Position numbers and translations under genes: made by a program. A stretch of DNA of 64,000 nt from a virus (taxonomy: Duplodnaviria; Caudoviricetes): positions 32,001 to 96,000 of IMG/VR virus record IMGVR_UViG_3300012956_000012; one strand, given 5' to 3'. The notes beneath the pieces are model-generated. The model did not search any database and was not told the DNA's origin. It was given only the letters and a program-made list of their open reading frames with translations. Shown here one piece after another: positions 41,324-50,579 of the stretch (positions are counted from its first letter, which is position 1; the number at the start of each line of letters is the position of its first letter).

Positions 41324-42379
41324 TTATATTATTTCATTATATTTAAGTTTGTATGTCCCCCAAGTATCATGTTGAGATGTTATTATTACATCAAAACTTA
41401 TTCCTGAGTTTACTGAGACTACGGATGCTGATAATCCACCTAAGAGGGCTTCTCCAGGTAAGTGGTCACTTCCATCATCTGTAACTTCGCATTTAATTTT
41501 ATTGATGTGTGCAGGTGTTACCCATACAGCAGGTATCGTTACCTGCAAAAAATCACCGCTTACTCCAAAATTTATATCTACTGTTCCAGAATGTAAGTCT
41601 AGCTTTGAAATTATAGTAGATTGTGTTTCATCTCCTGTGTTAGTATTCGATGTGTTTGATAGTACCACTAGGTCTGCATCTGTAACATACCTTTTATCTA
41701 ATGAATCATTTATGTCTGCAGTTGTAGCATCTCCTCCAGCTGTAACTAGACCATTAGAATCGTATGTTATTTTTGTTTTTGTACTGGCAGTTATAGGAGA
41801 ATTTGGACTTAGTTTAGAGTTCCAAGTTGATTTCTCTATGTCTGTAACAAAACGGTGTGTAGCATTCTCAGTGACTTTATTAGCGTCTACATCAACTATC
41901 TTAACATCATCAATTGTATTGTCATCAATTTCTATTATAGTTCCTCCCCCAGATACAGTTACATCTCCATAATCTCCATCTGAAATAGTTGTTGATGGAA
42001 ATGGTTGGGGATTACCCTCGCCATCTAGGTATTCAGTTGGTAATCCCGATGGAACATCAAACTTTGTATTCCATTTAGATGCATCTGTAAATGTCTTTGG
42101 AGTTACAAAATTACTGTTGTTCATTCCTGAATCAACTTCTGATTGTGTAGCTTGGTATGGAAACTCTCCTACATAGTCCCATGAAGATCCATCAGAGTAG
42201 TAGATACCTTCTGGGTAATACGTACCTCCTAACCAAGTAGGTCTCCAAGATGCATTCTCACCTTGAAGTGTTCTATAGTATTGTCCTGGAACTAAGGTAG
42301 CAGAAGGCAAGTCACTGTATTTTGTGACTATTGAAATTATCATACCATTCTTTAAGTCTACTTGAGTTCCAAAATTCAT
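41324..42379 (-). CDS. Tail fibre-like protein
   Basis: ATQSEVDSG...VTPK, DGDYGDVTVSGGG, TKITYDSNGLVTAG and SNTNTGDET fibre motifs. Confidence 0.65.
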   Translation of the reverse strand: MNFGTQVDLKNGMIISIVTKYSDLPSATLVPGQYYRTLQGENASWRPTWLGGTYYPEGIYYSDGSSWDYVGEFPYQATQSEVDSGMNNSNFVTPKTFTDASKWNTKFDVPSGLPTEYLDGEGNPQPFPSTTISDGDYGDVTVSGGGTIIEIDDNTIDDVKIVDVDANKVTENATHRFVTDIEKSTWNSKLSPNSPITASTKTKITYDSNGLVTAGGDATTADINDSLDKRYVTDADLVVLSNTSNTNTGDETQSTIISKLDLHSGTVDINFGVSGDFLQVTIPAVWVTPAHINKIKCEVTDDGSDHLPGEALLGGLSASVVSVNSGISFDVIITSQHDTWGTYKLKYNEII

Positions 42380-42381
42380 AG

Positions 42382-42873
42382 TTACTTATTTTTATCTATT
42401 AATTTTTTTAATCCAAACCTAGTCTTAAGAAGAACCACTATTGGGCGGGGTAGTAATCCTATTTCTCCTAGATTTTCTAACATGGATACAAAATATACTG
42501 AGTAGAATCCACACATTGCAATAGCCGGTAGCGGGTAAAATACTGCGTATTTTTTAGACATCCACCATGATAATCCGAGTACAAGTGATGTAGCTATGTA
42601 ATATAATGGCATTCTCCACAATTTATAGCTTACAAATCTTTTATTTACCGCTGACTTAACAATACCTGATGCCCAATCAGCGGCCATTAGTGTCCAAAGA
42701 AGGTACACTGCTTGTGGATCATCCCACACATAATTGCTTACAAAAGAAGCTATTGTTCCTACAATTGCTAATGCTGTGTTAACTATCCAAGCTTTTACAC
42801 CAAATAGAGAACTGAAAAAATCATTTACATTCTCAAATCCAAGAAACCCTGTTGTTGCATCCCCTAACTTCAT
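42382..42873 (-). CDS. Holin (phage_holin_4_1-like)
   Basis: Several TM segments; ADWASGI and SMLENLGEIG motifs. Confidence 0.75.
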   Translation of the reverse strand: MKLGDATTGFLGFENVNDFFSSLFGVKAWIVNTALAIVGTIASFVSNYVWDDPQAVYLLWTLMAADWASGIVKSAVNKRFVSYKLWRMPLYYIATSLVLGLSWWMSKKYAVFYPLPAIAMCGFYSVYFVSMLENLGEIGLLPRPIVVLLKTRFGLKKLIDKNK

Positions 42874-43097
42874 TCTTGAATATTTACGTTTTGCTTCTTT
42901 TTGTCGTATACCGTCATTCCAGCTAAAGTGGCAGCAAAGCCTAAAAGTCCTATAAATACGTACTCTTTTGTTACCACTCCGAAGAAAGGTAGTGAAAATT
43001 CATATAGTATTGCAGTTAGAAAAGACGCAAATAATAGTACGGATTTTCTACTCCATTTTCCTCTAGGTGTTTTTAGAAGGTCGTTTACAATTGACAT
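42870..43097 (-). CDS. Small 2-TM holin/antiholin-like protein
   Basis: GKWSRK followed by two hydrophobic helices and a basic tail. Confidence 0.6.
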   Translation of the reverse strand: MSIVNDLLKTPRGKWSRKSVLLFASFLTAILYEFSLPFFGVVTKEYVFIGLLGFAATLAGMTVYDKKKQNVNIQE

Positions 43098-43114
43098 ATT
43101 CTGTTTTTTACAGA

Positions 43115-43143
43115 TAAGCCCCTCACATTAAGTAGGGGGCTTA
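43115..43143. terminator. GC-rich hairpin between the promoter and the holin start
   Basis: TAAGCCCCTCAC-ATTAA-GTAGGGGGCTTA; T-rich tail only on the plus strand. Confidence 0.55.
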
Positions 43144-43155
43144 ATTTATTAAATA

Positions 43156-43186
43156 CAAATTTATTCTATTATCTTCTAATATCAAA
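43156..43186 (-). promoter_or_regulatory. Promoter TTTG-N19-TAAATTTG
   Basis: CAAATTTA 43156-43163 and CAAA 43183-43186, matching the consensus. Confidence 0.7.
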
Positions 43187-43217
43187 AAATGTGCTTTTGA
43201 ATAATAGATGCTTATCT

Positions 43218-43541
43218 TTACAACTTTTTCTGTGTTGTGATCACTACTGTTCCAGACGAAGAAGTTGTTATTGCAAAACCTGTAAGTAAATCTCCAGTAT
43301 TTGCTCCGTAGCTATAAGAACCTTCTGGCACTAATACTCCATCTAATTCCACAGCCCCAGTTGTTATAATTGTAAATGAATGGTATACATTGTCTGGAAT
43401 AGTGTAAGGAAGTGCCGGAGCTAATACACCGGTCTCAATTACACTATTTGTGGTTAAGATGGTGTTTAACTTATTTACTGCACAACTTACTGATCTAAGT
43501 AGGTTTTGATCGTTTGGTGATAATTTTACGTATGATGACAT
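43218..43541 (-). CDS. Small structural protein (head-fibre/decoration-like)
   Basis: N-terminal coil followed by a beta-rich domain. Confidence 0.5.
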   Translation of the reverse strand: MSSYVKLSPNDQNLLRSVSCAVNKLNTILTTNSVIETGVLAPALPYTIPDNVYHSFTIITTGAVELDGVLVPEGSYSYGANTGDLLTGFAITTSSSGTVVITTQKKL

Positions 43542-43555
43542 AATATTGTTGTATG

Positions 43556-43581
43556 AAAAAGGGGAGGTGGTTAGCCTCCCC
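43556..43581 (-). terminator. Intrinsic terminator
   Basis: GGGGAGG-TGGTTAG-CCTCCCC with TTTTT on the minus strand. Confidence 0.8.
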
Positions 43582-43597
43582 TATTGAGTTTATTTTA

Positions 43598-45874
43598 TTA
43601 AGCTCCGAAAGCTTTAACTGGATCTACTCCTGCTACTCCTGCTAAGTTGTTTAACAACGTTTCAAGAGCGTAGTGTTGTCCTACTGGTGCGAAGAACTGG
43701 TAGTTTATGTCTTCAGTTGAAATTCCAGCAAATGATTGTGAATGACCAGTGCTGCTAATTTTCAATGTGTACTGTACATACTGAACCAATTGGTCTTCGA
43801 TATTTGAAGTCTCACCACGAAGTACTCTTCCAAGGTAATCTTTGTTAGATGTTCCTTTGAAGTACAAGTCTCCTTCTCTTTCCAAATCTAGCATGTTACC
43901 ACCTAAGTGTGTTCTAGGAATGAAACGGGAGAAGTATCTTCCAACATCAGCTCCTTTTGGTAATCGGCCGATACCTTCACGAATCTCTTCTGGGTATTCT
44001 GCAGATGCACGAATCAAAGTAGAAGTTTCTGTAAATCCAACTAGATCACGTAAAGCCTCTTCTCCAACTAAGTGGAATGTTTTAGCTTTGATACGGATAC
44101 CGCACTCACAGTTACCGTTGGGTTGAGTTGTATTGTCTACTACTTTAACCCAAGCTTGAATATCAAAATCTCCAGGAGCTTGTGATACGAAGTAGTCGTT
44201 GAAAATTGGGTCACACTCTTCACATACCAAGTTAGTTGTAACTGTAGTGGTATATTTAGTTTGACAAGCTTGACGGAAAGGAATCACTGATGATGCACTT
44301 ACTGTTCCAGCTAAGTTAGTTGTTGCGTTAGTAATAGTTACTGTACCACCTACAACTGCTGTTGGTCCAACTAATGTGATTACTGCGCCACTTGATGTTA
44401 CTGTTACACCTTCGTCAGCTAAGATTGTTGCTGCATGTGACGTTACGAAAGCTGCTGCTGTTACAGTTAAGCTAGTAGCATATGTAGCTAAGTAATCTGT
44501 ACCTCCAATGTTAATGTTCGCTGTACCTGAACTACCTGTTAAAGTTACTGTTCTTGTTGAGTTAGCTGATCCTGCTACTGCGATAGTCAAATTAGGGTAA
44601 GCACCTTGCAATTCAGCTAAGCGTGTTTCTCCACAAATTGTGTCGTTTAAGATGATCTCGTAAGTTTCACTAGTAGCGTTACAAGTCTCACCTGCTGTCC
44701 ATGCTACTCCAGCTGGTTGTGAATCTGGTTCGCATAATGAAGATACTGTTCCTGCGTAAGCAACTGTAGCTGTACCAGAGATAGCATTTGTTGCCATCCA
44801 AGTTGTGATCTCAGCATCTGTTAATTTGTTGTCCAATACTAACGTGTAGTATCCAACTCCGTAGTCATTACCACTTTTTTCAATTGTAGTAGCTACATAT
44901 CCAGGTAAGTTATCAACTAGTGCTGATTGATCTGTACCATCGTCTTCCAATGTAACTACGTACAATACTCCAGATGGTGAAGCTGTATATCCTGCTGGAC
45001 ATGCTGCACAATCTTTAATGAATGATCCGATAGTTTGTACATGTGAACTTGGTGCACCTACTGTATCTGGTGTCATCACTGTGTAAGTAGATGTTGATCC
45101 AGAGCGTCCTGTACGTACAACTTTGTAGTCGTAGTTTGCTTGTACTGCTGCTAATGCTGCATCTGTTCCTGTATCACACAAACTTAATGTGTAGAATGTA
45201 TAAGGAATCAATGTAGATGTAACGTCATTGTCACAAGAGAATACTGGTGTGATGTCTACTACTTCGTCTAAACGTGTACCACCTGTTAATTGTTTTCTAC
45301 GTAAGCGTTCGATAGCTTCCATAGTGATTGATTTACAATCTACATTTGAACAGTTGTCACAATCTACACAAGTGTTGAAAGGATCACAGTCTGGAACTTC
45401 AACACGAACCACTACGATTTCTGATTCTGTACCTCCACCTAAGTAAGAGATAGGGTCTCCAGAAACTTCAACCGCGATTTGGAAGTAAGGATCTCCTGTT
45501 TTGAATGAGAATCCTGATCCAGGTGTGATTCCATCATAACCAATTACCAACTCATCAACAGATTGTTTTGTATTTTTTGGTGCGCTAACTTCTAAACCTA
45601 CTACTTCATTTAATGAAAATGCTTTTGTAGATTTAGGGTGATTTGCATAAGAACGGTTAGCTTGACGTTCTGAAACTCCTAAGCGGATTGCAAAATCTTT
45701 TTCTTTTTTTGGTTTACCTGCAAAACTAGATACGACCTTAGCTCCTGCTGGAGATGTTTTAGAAAGGTCAACTGCTGCCAACTGTCCTTTTGCTAACGAT
45801 AAAGATCCTCCTGATGTCTTAACAGCTCCATTTACAAGATAGAAATATCTATCGAAAGGTTTGTTTAGTCCCAT
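43598..45874 (-). CDS. Abundant structural protein (auxiliary capsid-like by position), 758 aa
   Basis: Codon usage resembles the MCP gene (CGT/GCT/TTC), multiple CxxC motifs, followed by a strong terminator. Confidence 0.55.
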   Translation of the reverse strand: MGLNKPFDRYFYLVNGAVKTSGGSLSLAKGQLAAVDLSKTSPAGAKVVSSFAGKPKKEKDFAIRLGVSERQANRSYANHPKSTKAFSLNEVVGLEVSAPKNTKQSVDELVIGYDGITPGSGFSFKTGDPYFQIAVEVSGDPISYLGGGTESEIVVVRVEVPDCDPFNTCVDCDNCSNVDCKSITMEAIERLRRKQLTGGTRLDEVVDITPVFSCDNDVTSTLIPYTFYTLSLCDTGTDAALAAVQANYDYKVVRTGRSGSTSTYTVMTPDTVGAPSSHVQTIGSFIKDCAACPAGYTASPSGVLYVVTLEDDGTDQSALVDNLPGYVATTIEKSGNDYGVGYYTLVLDNKLTDAEITTWMATNAISGTATVAYAGTVSSLCEPDSQPAGVAWTAGETCNATSETYEIILNDTICGETRLAELQGAYPNLTIAVAGSANSTRTVTLTGSSGTANINIGGTDYLATYATSLTVTAAAFVTSHAATILADEGVTVTSSGAVITLVGPTAVVGGTVTITNATTNLAGTVSASSVIPFRQACQTKYTTTVTTNLVCEECDPIFNDYFVSQAPGDFDIQAWVKVVDNTTQPNGNCECGIRIKAKTFHLVGEEALRDLVGFTETSTLIRASAEYPEEIREGIGRLPKGADVGRYFSRFIPRTHLGGNMLDLEREGDLYFKGTSNKDYLGRVLRGETSNIEDQLVQYVQYTLKISSTGHSQSFAGISTEDINYQFFAPVGQHYALETLLNNLAGVAGVDPVKAFGA

Positions 45875-45899
45875 TTGTTTTTATTGTATATTTATTTGA

Positions 45900-46568
45900 T
45901 TATATGTTTGAGAACAATCTGTCGCTATTTAATTGATAGCTTGCTGTGTCTCCTTTGTTTGCTGAGAATTCTTTTGCCATTGCCTGTAGTATTTTATTAA
46001 CTACTTTGTCGTCAAAATCAGGATCGATATTTGAAGATGGTTGGTTATTTAGGTTGATATAACCTGCAATGTCTACTTTTTTTGGATATTTATAGTAGCT
46101 TAAGAATGCCTTGTCAATACTGAAATCTGTCTTGTAGGCTGCTACTTTGTTTTCTGATAGCAGGTAGAAAGTTTCCCTCCATTCGAAGGAGGGCTTATTA
46201 CTTTCATCTGCTAATAGTTCTTCTACATCTTCACTTTTAATTTCAAATGTAGAGATTTTTTTGCCGGTGCAATTCCCTTTTGAAGCTACTAAACTTAAGT
46301 TTGCAAACTCAAAGTAGTCTTTAGGAAGAACAAATGTGCTTATTGTGTCTGTCAAAACATCCGGCTGAAGTTGCTTGTCTAAAATTAATAAGTTAGATAT
46401 GTTTCTTATCGAATCGTCATTTCTTTTTTCTAACATCCACTGTACGTAGCGAATAGCTGTTGAGTTGAATAAGGTTACAAATCTAAATTTGTCTACACTT
46501 AAATTGTTGTTGGTAGCATTACTGTTTACCATATTAACAAAACTTATGTAGACCTCATTAATTTGCAT
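45900..46568 (-). CDS. Ring/head-tail connector protein
   Basis: FVLPKDY, NKPSFEWRET and YYKYPKKV motifs, synteny after the MCP. Confidence 0.65.
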   Translation of the reverse strand: MQINEVYISFVNMVNSNATNNNLSVDKFRFVTLFNSTAIRYVQWMLEKRNDDSIRNISNLLILDKQLQPDVLTDTISTFVLPKDYFEFANLSLVASKGNCTGKKISTFEIKSEDVEELLADESNKPSFEWRETFYLLSENKVAAYKTDFSIDKAFLSYYKYPKKVDIAGYINLNNQPSSNIDPDFDDKVVNKILQAMAKEFSANKGDTASYQLNSDRLFSNI

Positions 46569-47508
46569 CCTCTCTTAGTATTATTTGATTCTTTATATCT
46601 TCTAGTTTTGGATTTTTAGCAATAAAGTCCGCTGCTGATTTCAAATCCTGTCCGATCTCTACTCCATCGTAGGCGAAAGTTCCGTTTGTCTTTCTAGTTA
46701 CCGTACTTCCATAAAGTCCGTTTAGCTTTCTGTAGATGATGTATTTCTCTACGTTATCATTACTGATGTCTGAAATAGCTTCTACGAACATTCGTAACTT
46801 ATCTTCTTTAGGTAGGATGTGCTCATCGAATAGTGTCATCAATGCTTCGGAGGAAGACTTATTATCTACTTTAATATCTAAGTAGAATAGGATGTCTATA
46901 AGTGCACTCTTATTTGCGTCTAAAACTGTTGAGAATTTAGAAATGGCACTGAATTTTGTTTCAGTCCTCTCTTCTTTCAGTTTTTTAGCTTTTGTTGTGT
47001 CTACGATTACGTAGGATGACCCACTAAATTTAGGATCTTTTTCAAATTCTTTTGGTGTAAGTTGGTATGCGTTAATAGCCATATACAACTCAAAAGTATC
47101 TACTGGATTGTCGGTATTATAAATACGTCCATGCCAGATTTTAAAGTCTTGTAATTTCCACCATGCATCGTTATTTGGATCTAAAGTATCATTATCTTTA
47201 ATACCTTTAACTCGCATGAATGGTTTGGCAACATTTTCAAAGTTAGCTTTTGCTTTCACTTTTGCTTCTGCTGGGTCTAATGTTGAAAAGCAAGGCGACC
47301 AGTCAAAAAATCCTGAATCCCATAAACCCTCTGGAGAACATCTACATTGGAAAGATTCGTCAACACCATCAGGTAATTTTGTACTACCTTCATTTACAAA
47401 CCCGGAAGGTGCATTTAAGTCTAGCTTATTTTTAATTGCGTAGGTGTATCCTTTTTTTACTTCAAACCTGTTCACATTGAACAGAACATTGTCTTTTTCT
47501 TTTGCCAT
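46558..47508 (-). CDS. Conserved post-MCP protein of unknown function
   Basis: ATG at 47508 is preferred; the track's TTG start (47532) is inside the -7 box. Confidence 0.65.
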   Translation of the reverse strand: MAKEKDNVLFNVNRFEVKKGYTYAIKNKLDLNAPSGFVNEGSTKLPDGVDESFQCRCSPEGLWDSGFFDWSPCFSTLDPAEAKVKAKANFENVAKPFMRVKGIKDNDTLDPNNDAWWKLQDFKIWHGRIYNTDNPVDTFELYMAINAYQLTPKEFEKDPKFSGSSYVIVDTTKAKKLKEERTETKFSAISKFSTVLDANKSALIDILFYLDIKVDNKSSSEALMTLFDEHILPKEDKLRMFVEAISDISNDNVEKYIIYRKLNGLYGSTVTRKTNGTFAYDGVEIGQDLKSAADFIAKNPKLEDIKNQIILREDAN

Positions 47509-47529
47509 TACTTCTTTTGGTTTAGTAGA

Positions 47530-47561
47530 CAAAATTACTTAAGTTGTCTACATTTCCCAAA
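47530..47561 (-). promoter_or_regulatory. Promoter TTTG-N20-TAATTTTG
   Basis: CAAAATTA 47530-47537 and CAAA 47558-47561. Confidence 0.75.
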
Positions 47562-47580
47562 AAAGTAGTTTTTTTAAGTA

Positions 47581-47605
47581 TGGTAGGAGTACTTGACTCC
47601 TACCA
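47581..47605 (-). terminator. Hairpin after the MCP gene
   Basis: TGGTAGGAGT-ACTTG-ACTCCTACCA, a perfect 10-bp stem with a weak U-tract. Confidence 0.7.
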
Positions 47606-47616
47606 ACTTTTTGGTG

Positions 47617-49320
47617 TTATTTAAGGTCCTGTAATTCGATCATTACAGTAGCTGTTGTATCTAATACTAGTGCTCCTGATTCATTCAATGCCCAGAATGT
47701 TCTACCCATGTATTTCAAAGAAGATTGAATATTCTCATAAGAACCTTCGTTTGCCATACGTCCTTGCTCATAACCGTAAGTTACAGCTGGCTCACCTGTG
47801 CGTTTAACGTAGTAGATGTTAGCTCTGTTGTTACCTCCATCAACTACTGATGCGTTACGAACTTTGCTTGTTACATTACTATACTCAGATGATCCTGCAT
47901 TCCAAATTACTAATGAGTAAGATGTGTGAGCTGCCATTTGGTGACCGTATGCTCCTTGGCTGAATCTATCTGCTAATGGTTGGTAATCTAAAGAAGGGTC
48001 GTGCTCAACAATAACTTTACCTACTCCAGGAATGAATACAGATTTGATACGTACTTCTTGCATTTCCAATTCATTCAAATTACCTTTGAATACTGGTTGT
48101 GGCAATTGAGAATCATTTCCTACCATTCCTACTGGTAAACCGTTCAATTGTTGGATAGCTTCTTCTCTAAAGATTTGCATTACATTCATCCAAGCAAAAT
48201 ATCCAGCTTTGAATTTCAAGAATCGTTCTGAAATCGGAACAGTTGAATTTTTATAGATGTACGAAGCAGCTTCGTGGATATGGTTAATTGTCAAAGATCC
48301 TGGTTTAGAATACTTGATAATTTTACCACGTCTCAATTGGTGCCATACACCTTCATTTACACGAAGAACTCCATTTGCTGTTGGAACAACTGCAGCTTTA
48401 GCAAACAATAAAGAGTGACACTCCATCATTGCTAATTCCATTAATGCTAAGTATTCTAATGTAGTTCCAATTTTTGCAGTACTTGCATCAAACTGACCAT
48501 TTCTTAGGCGGCCCATGTAGAACATGTTGTTGTCACCACCCATCGCTTCTAGCTGTGCATTAACATTCTCCATCATTGCATCTGTAAATGCATTGAATCC
48601 TGGAGCTTTCATTCCTGCAGCTTCACGAGTCATGAATGTTTCAACACCTCGTGGAGATCCTAAGATAAACTCATTAGTGATTGATCCAGAAGGATTTTTA
48701 GTCATGTTGATTCCGGAGAAGTTTTGTCCAAACTCTGGAATAGCATTTCCAATTTTCATGTACTTAATACCAGCTTTCAATTTGTCAGCAGGGTAGTAAG
48801 CCGTTTTGTCTGTAGTCATCAAGATTACCCAGTGAAGGTAATTTTCTCCTACCATTTGTACGTCGTGGTCAGCCGATACCATAACTTGCTCGCCATGAGT
48901 TGGGTTGTAAGTTAAGATATCTCCTTTTGTAAACTGCTCATTCAAAATCAATTTGAAAACAGTTCCGTCGATACCTGGAGCATCTCTTTCTGTTGAAGTG
49001 TCCTCAGCAGTCATACAAACATCTTTCATACGTTTAACTGGTAAGTCGTAAGTGATTGTCTGTCCGCGATCTACTTCCAATACAGCTGAACCTACAAAAA
49101 GGTTCTTCATGAATGGTAAAGATACGTTGTGAGTTGTTTCAAACAATTGGATTAATCCTAAATGCTTTCTATGTGAAGCTGGACCTTCGTCGCCCATAAG
49201 GTAAGTCGCAACTTTTGAAGAGTCCAAAAACCCTTGATTCTTCATTGTTTTAGCAGATGTAAAACCAATGATAGAATCTCCGTTAATTGAATCTTTAATG
49301 TTAAAGATATTTTGTGACAT
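47617..49320 (-). CDS. Major capsid protein
   Basis: 567 aa, two genes after the portal. PGIDGTVFKL, EGVWHQLRRG and VEHDPSLD motifs, strong codon bias. Confidence 0.8.
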   Translation of the reverse strand: MSQNIFNIKDSINGDSIIGFTSAKTMKNQGFLDSSKVATYLMGDEGPASHRKHLGLIQLFETTHNVSLPFMKNLFVGSAVLEVDRGQTITYDLPVKRMKDVCMTAEDTSTERDAPGIDGTVFKLILNEQFTKGDILTYNPTHGEQVMVSADHDVQMVGENYLHWVILMTTDKTAYYPADKLKAGIKYMKIGNAIPEFGQNFSGINMTKNPSGSITNEFILGSPRGVETFMTREAAGMKAPGFNAFTDAMMENVNAQLEAMGGDNNMFYMGRLRNGQFDASTAKIGTTLEYLALMELAMMECHSLLFAKAAVVPTANGVLRVNEGVWHQLRRGKIIKYSKPGSLTINHIHEAASYIYKNSTVPISERFLKFKAGYFAWMNVMQIFREEAIQQLNGLPVGMVGNDSQLPQPVFKGNLNELEMQEVRIKSVFIPGVGKVIVEHDPSLDYQPLADRFSQGAYGHQMAAHTSYSLVIWNAGSSEYSNVTSKVRNASVVDGGNNRANIYYVKRTGEPAVTYGYEQGRMANEGSYENIQSSLKYMGRTFWALNESGALVLDTTATVMIELQDLK

Positions 49321-49339
49321 TATATGTGTTTATTGATTA

Positions 49340-50491
49340 CTATAAATTTTCCAAAGGAATTAAGCCTTTCTCTGGTGGTGTTCTTTTGTTTTCTACAACT
49401 TGTGATCCTTTTTTAGCAAGTAGTTTCAATCTTCCAAGTTGGTTGATTTTTTCAGCTGTAATTTTTTTATCTGTTATTTGAGCCTCATACTCTTTCTCAT
49501 CTAATAAGAATAGTGTAAGTTTAGCTGCTTTATCCGGGTCTTTCATTGCTTCGCCGTACAGCTTGTCAATTTCATACATTCCCTTCTCGTCAATCTTAGT
49601 AGCCATTTCAACTACTTTGTTTTTAACAGTGTCTTTCAATTGGAAATTAGATAAGCTCTGTTTTAAACTTGACTTGTATTTTTTTCGTTCTTCTTGTAAA
49701 GCAAGTGCTTTGGCTTGTGCCTTTTGTTTTTCGTTTTCAATAGCTTGGTTCATTAGAGCCTTTAACTCTGTCTCCGCCTTCTCAGCTACTTCGTCCAGAA
49801 TACCTTTTGCCTTAACGCCACTCAATTGAATTTCAACTTGATCTGGTGATAATCCTTGAGCAGACAACCTTAAAGCTACAACTTCCATTTTCCCTTGATC
49901 CGTTGTTGTATCAATTTGTGATAGTGGATCGTAGTAAGATTGTTTGACGTTTAATAGTTGACCTAAGTCTCCACCATTTTTGTCAACCTCAATCATAGCT
50001 TTTGTAATATCAGAGATACCTTCAACTGAAATTTTTCCAGATTGTGCAGCTTCTCTCTCTTGCTCTATTTTTTGAGCGACTAAAGATTCAAACGTTTCTG
50101 AATCCATTTCGATGTCGTCAATTGAAAACTCGACAACCTCTCCTTCAATTTCTTGTTCGATTACTCCTAAGTCTCCAAAAGTGTTTTTCAAAATAGCTTT
50201 GAATCTTTTTGACTCTTCTGACTCTACAGCTGGTTCATCATTGTCATTGCTGTTGTTGTCTGGTGTAATAACTGGAGGTGTAATCCCTAAATCATCTTTA
50301 GGTTGATTGTCTTCCTCGATCTCTTCTTCCTCTTTGGAATTGAATCCTAAATTGTCTTCAACTTTTCCTAAAGGGATTTGAGCTTTTTTAATTTGCTCGT
50401 CAATAGTTTCAATCTTCTCTTCTGTTAAAGGTGCATTTCCTGCTAAAGCTTCTAAAGATATTAGACGAACTTCTGTTTCTGGTTTACTCAT
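49340..50491 (-). CDS. Scaffold-like acidic coiled-coil protein
   Basis: Acidic N-terminus and long helices, between portal and MCP. Confidence 0.6.
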   Translation of the reverse strand: MSKPETEVRLISLEALAGNAPLTEEKIETIDEQIKKAQIPLGKVEDNLGFNSKEEEEIEEDNQPKDDLGITPPVITPDNNSNDNDEPAVESEESKRFKAILKNTFGDLGVIEQEIEGEVVEFSIDDIEMDSETFESLVAQKIEQEREAAQSGKISVEGISDITKAMIEVDKNGGDLGQLLNVKQSYYDPLSQIDTTTDQGKMEVVALRLSAQGLSPDQVEIQLSGVKAKGILDEVAEKAETELKALMNQAIENEKQKAQAKALALQEERKKYKSSLKQSLSNFQLKDTVKNKVVEMATKIDEKGMYEIDKLYGEAMKDPDKAAKLTLFLLDEKEYEAQITDKKITAEKINQLGRLKLLAKKGSQVVENKRTPPEKGLIPLENL

Positions 50492-50492
50492 G

Positions 50493-50524
50493 CAAAATTA
50501 TATTTGGTTTTTGTATTTGGCAAA
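50493..50524 (-). promoter_or_regulatory. Promoter TTTG-N20-TAATTTTG
   Basis: CAAAATTA 50493-50500 and CAAA 50521-50524; the ATG is only 1 nt away. Confidence 0.7.
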
Positions 50525-50579
50525 TAGATTGTAAAACCTACCTACGTTTTCGTTAAAAAGTTGTAAAATATTATATTTT

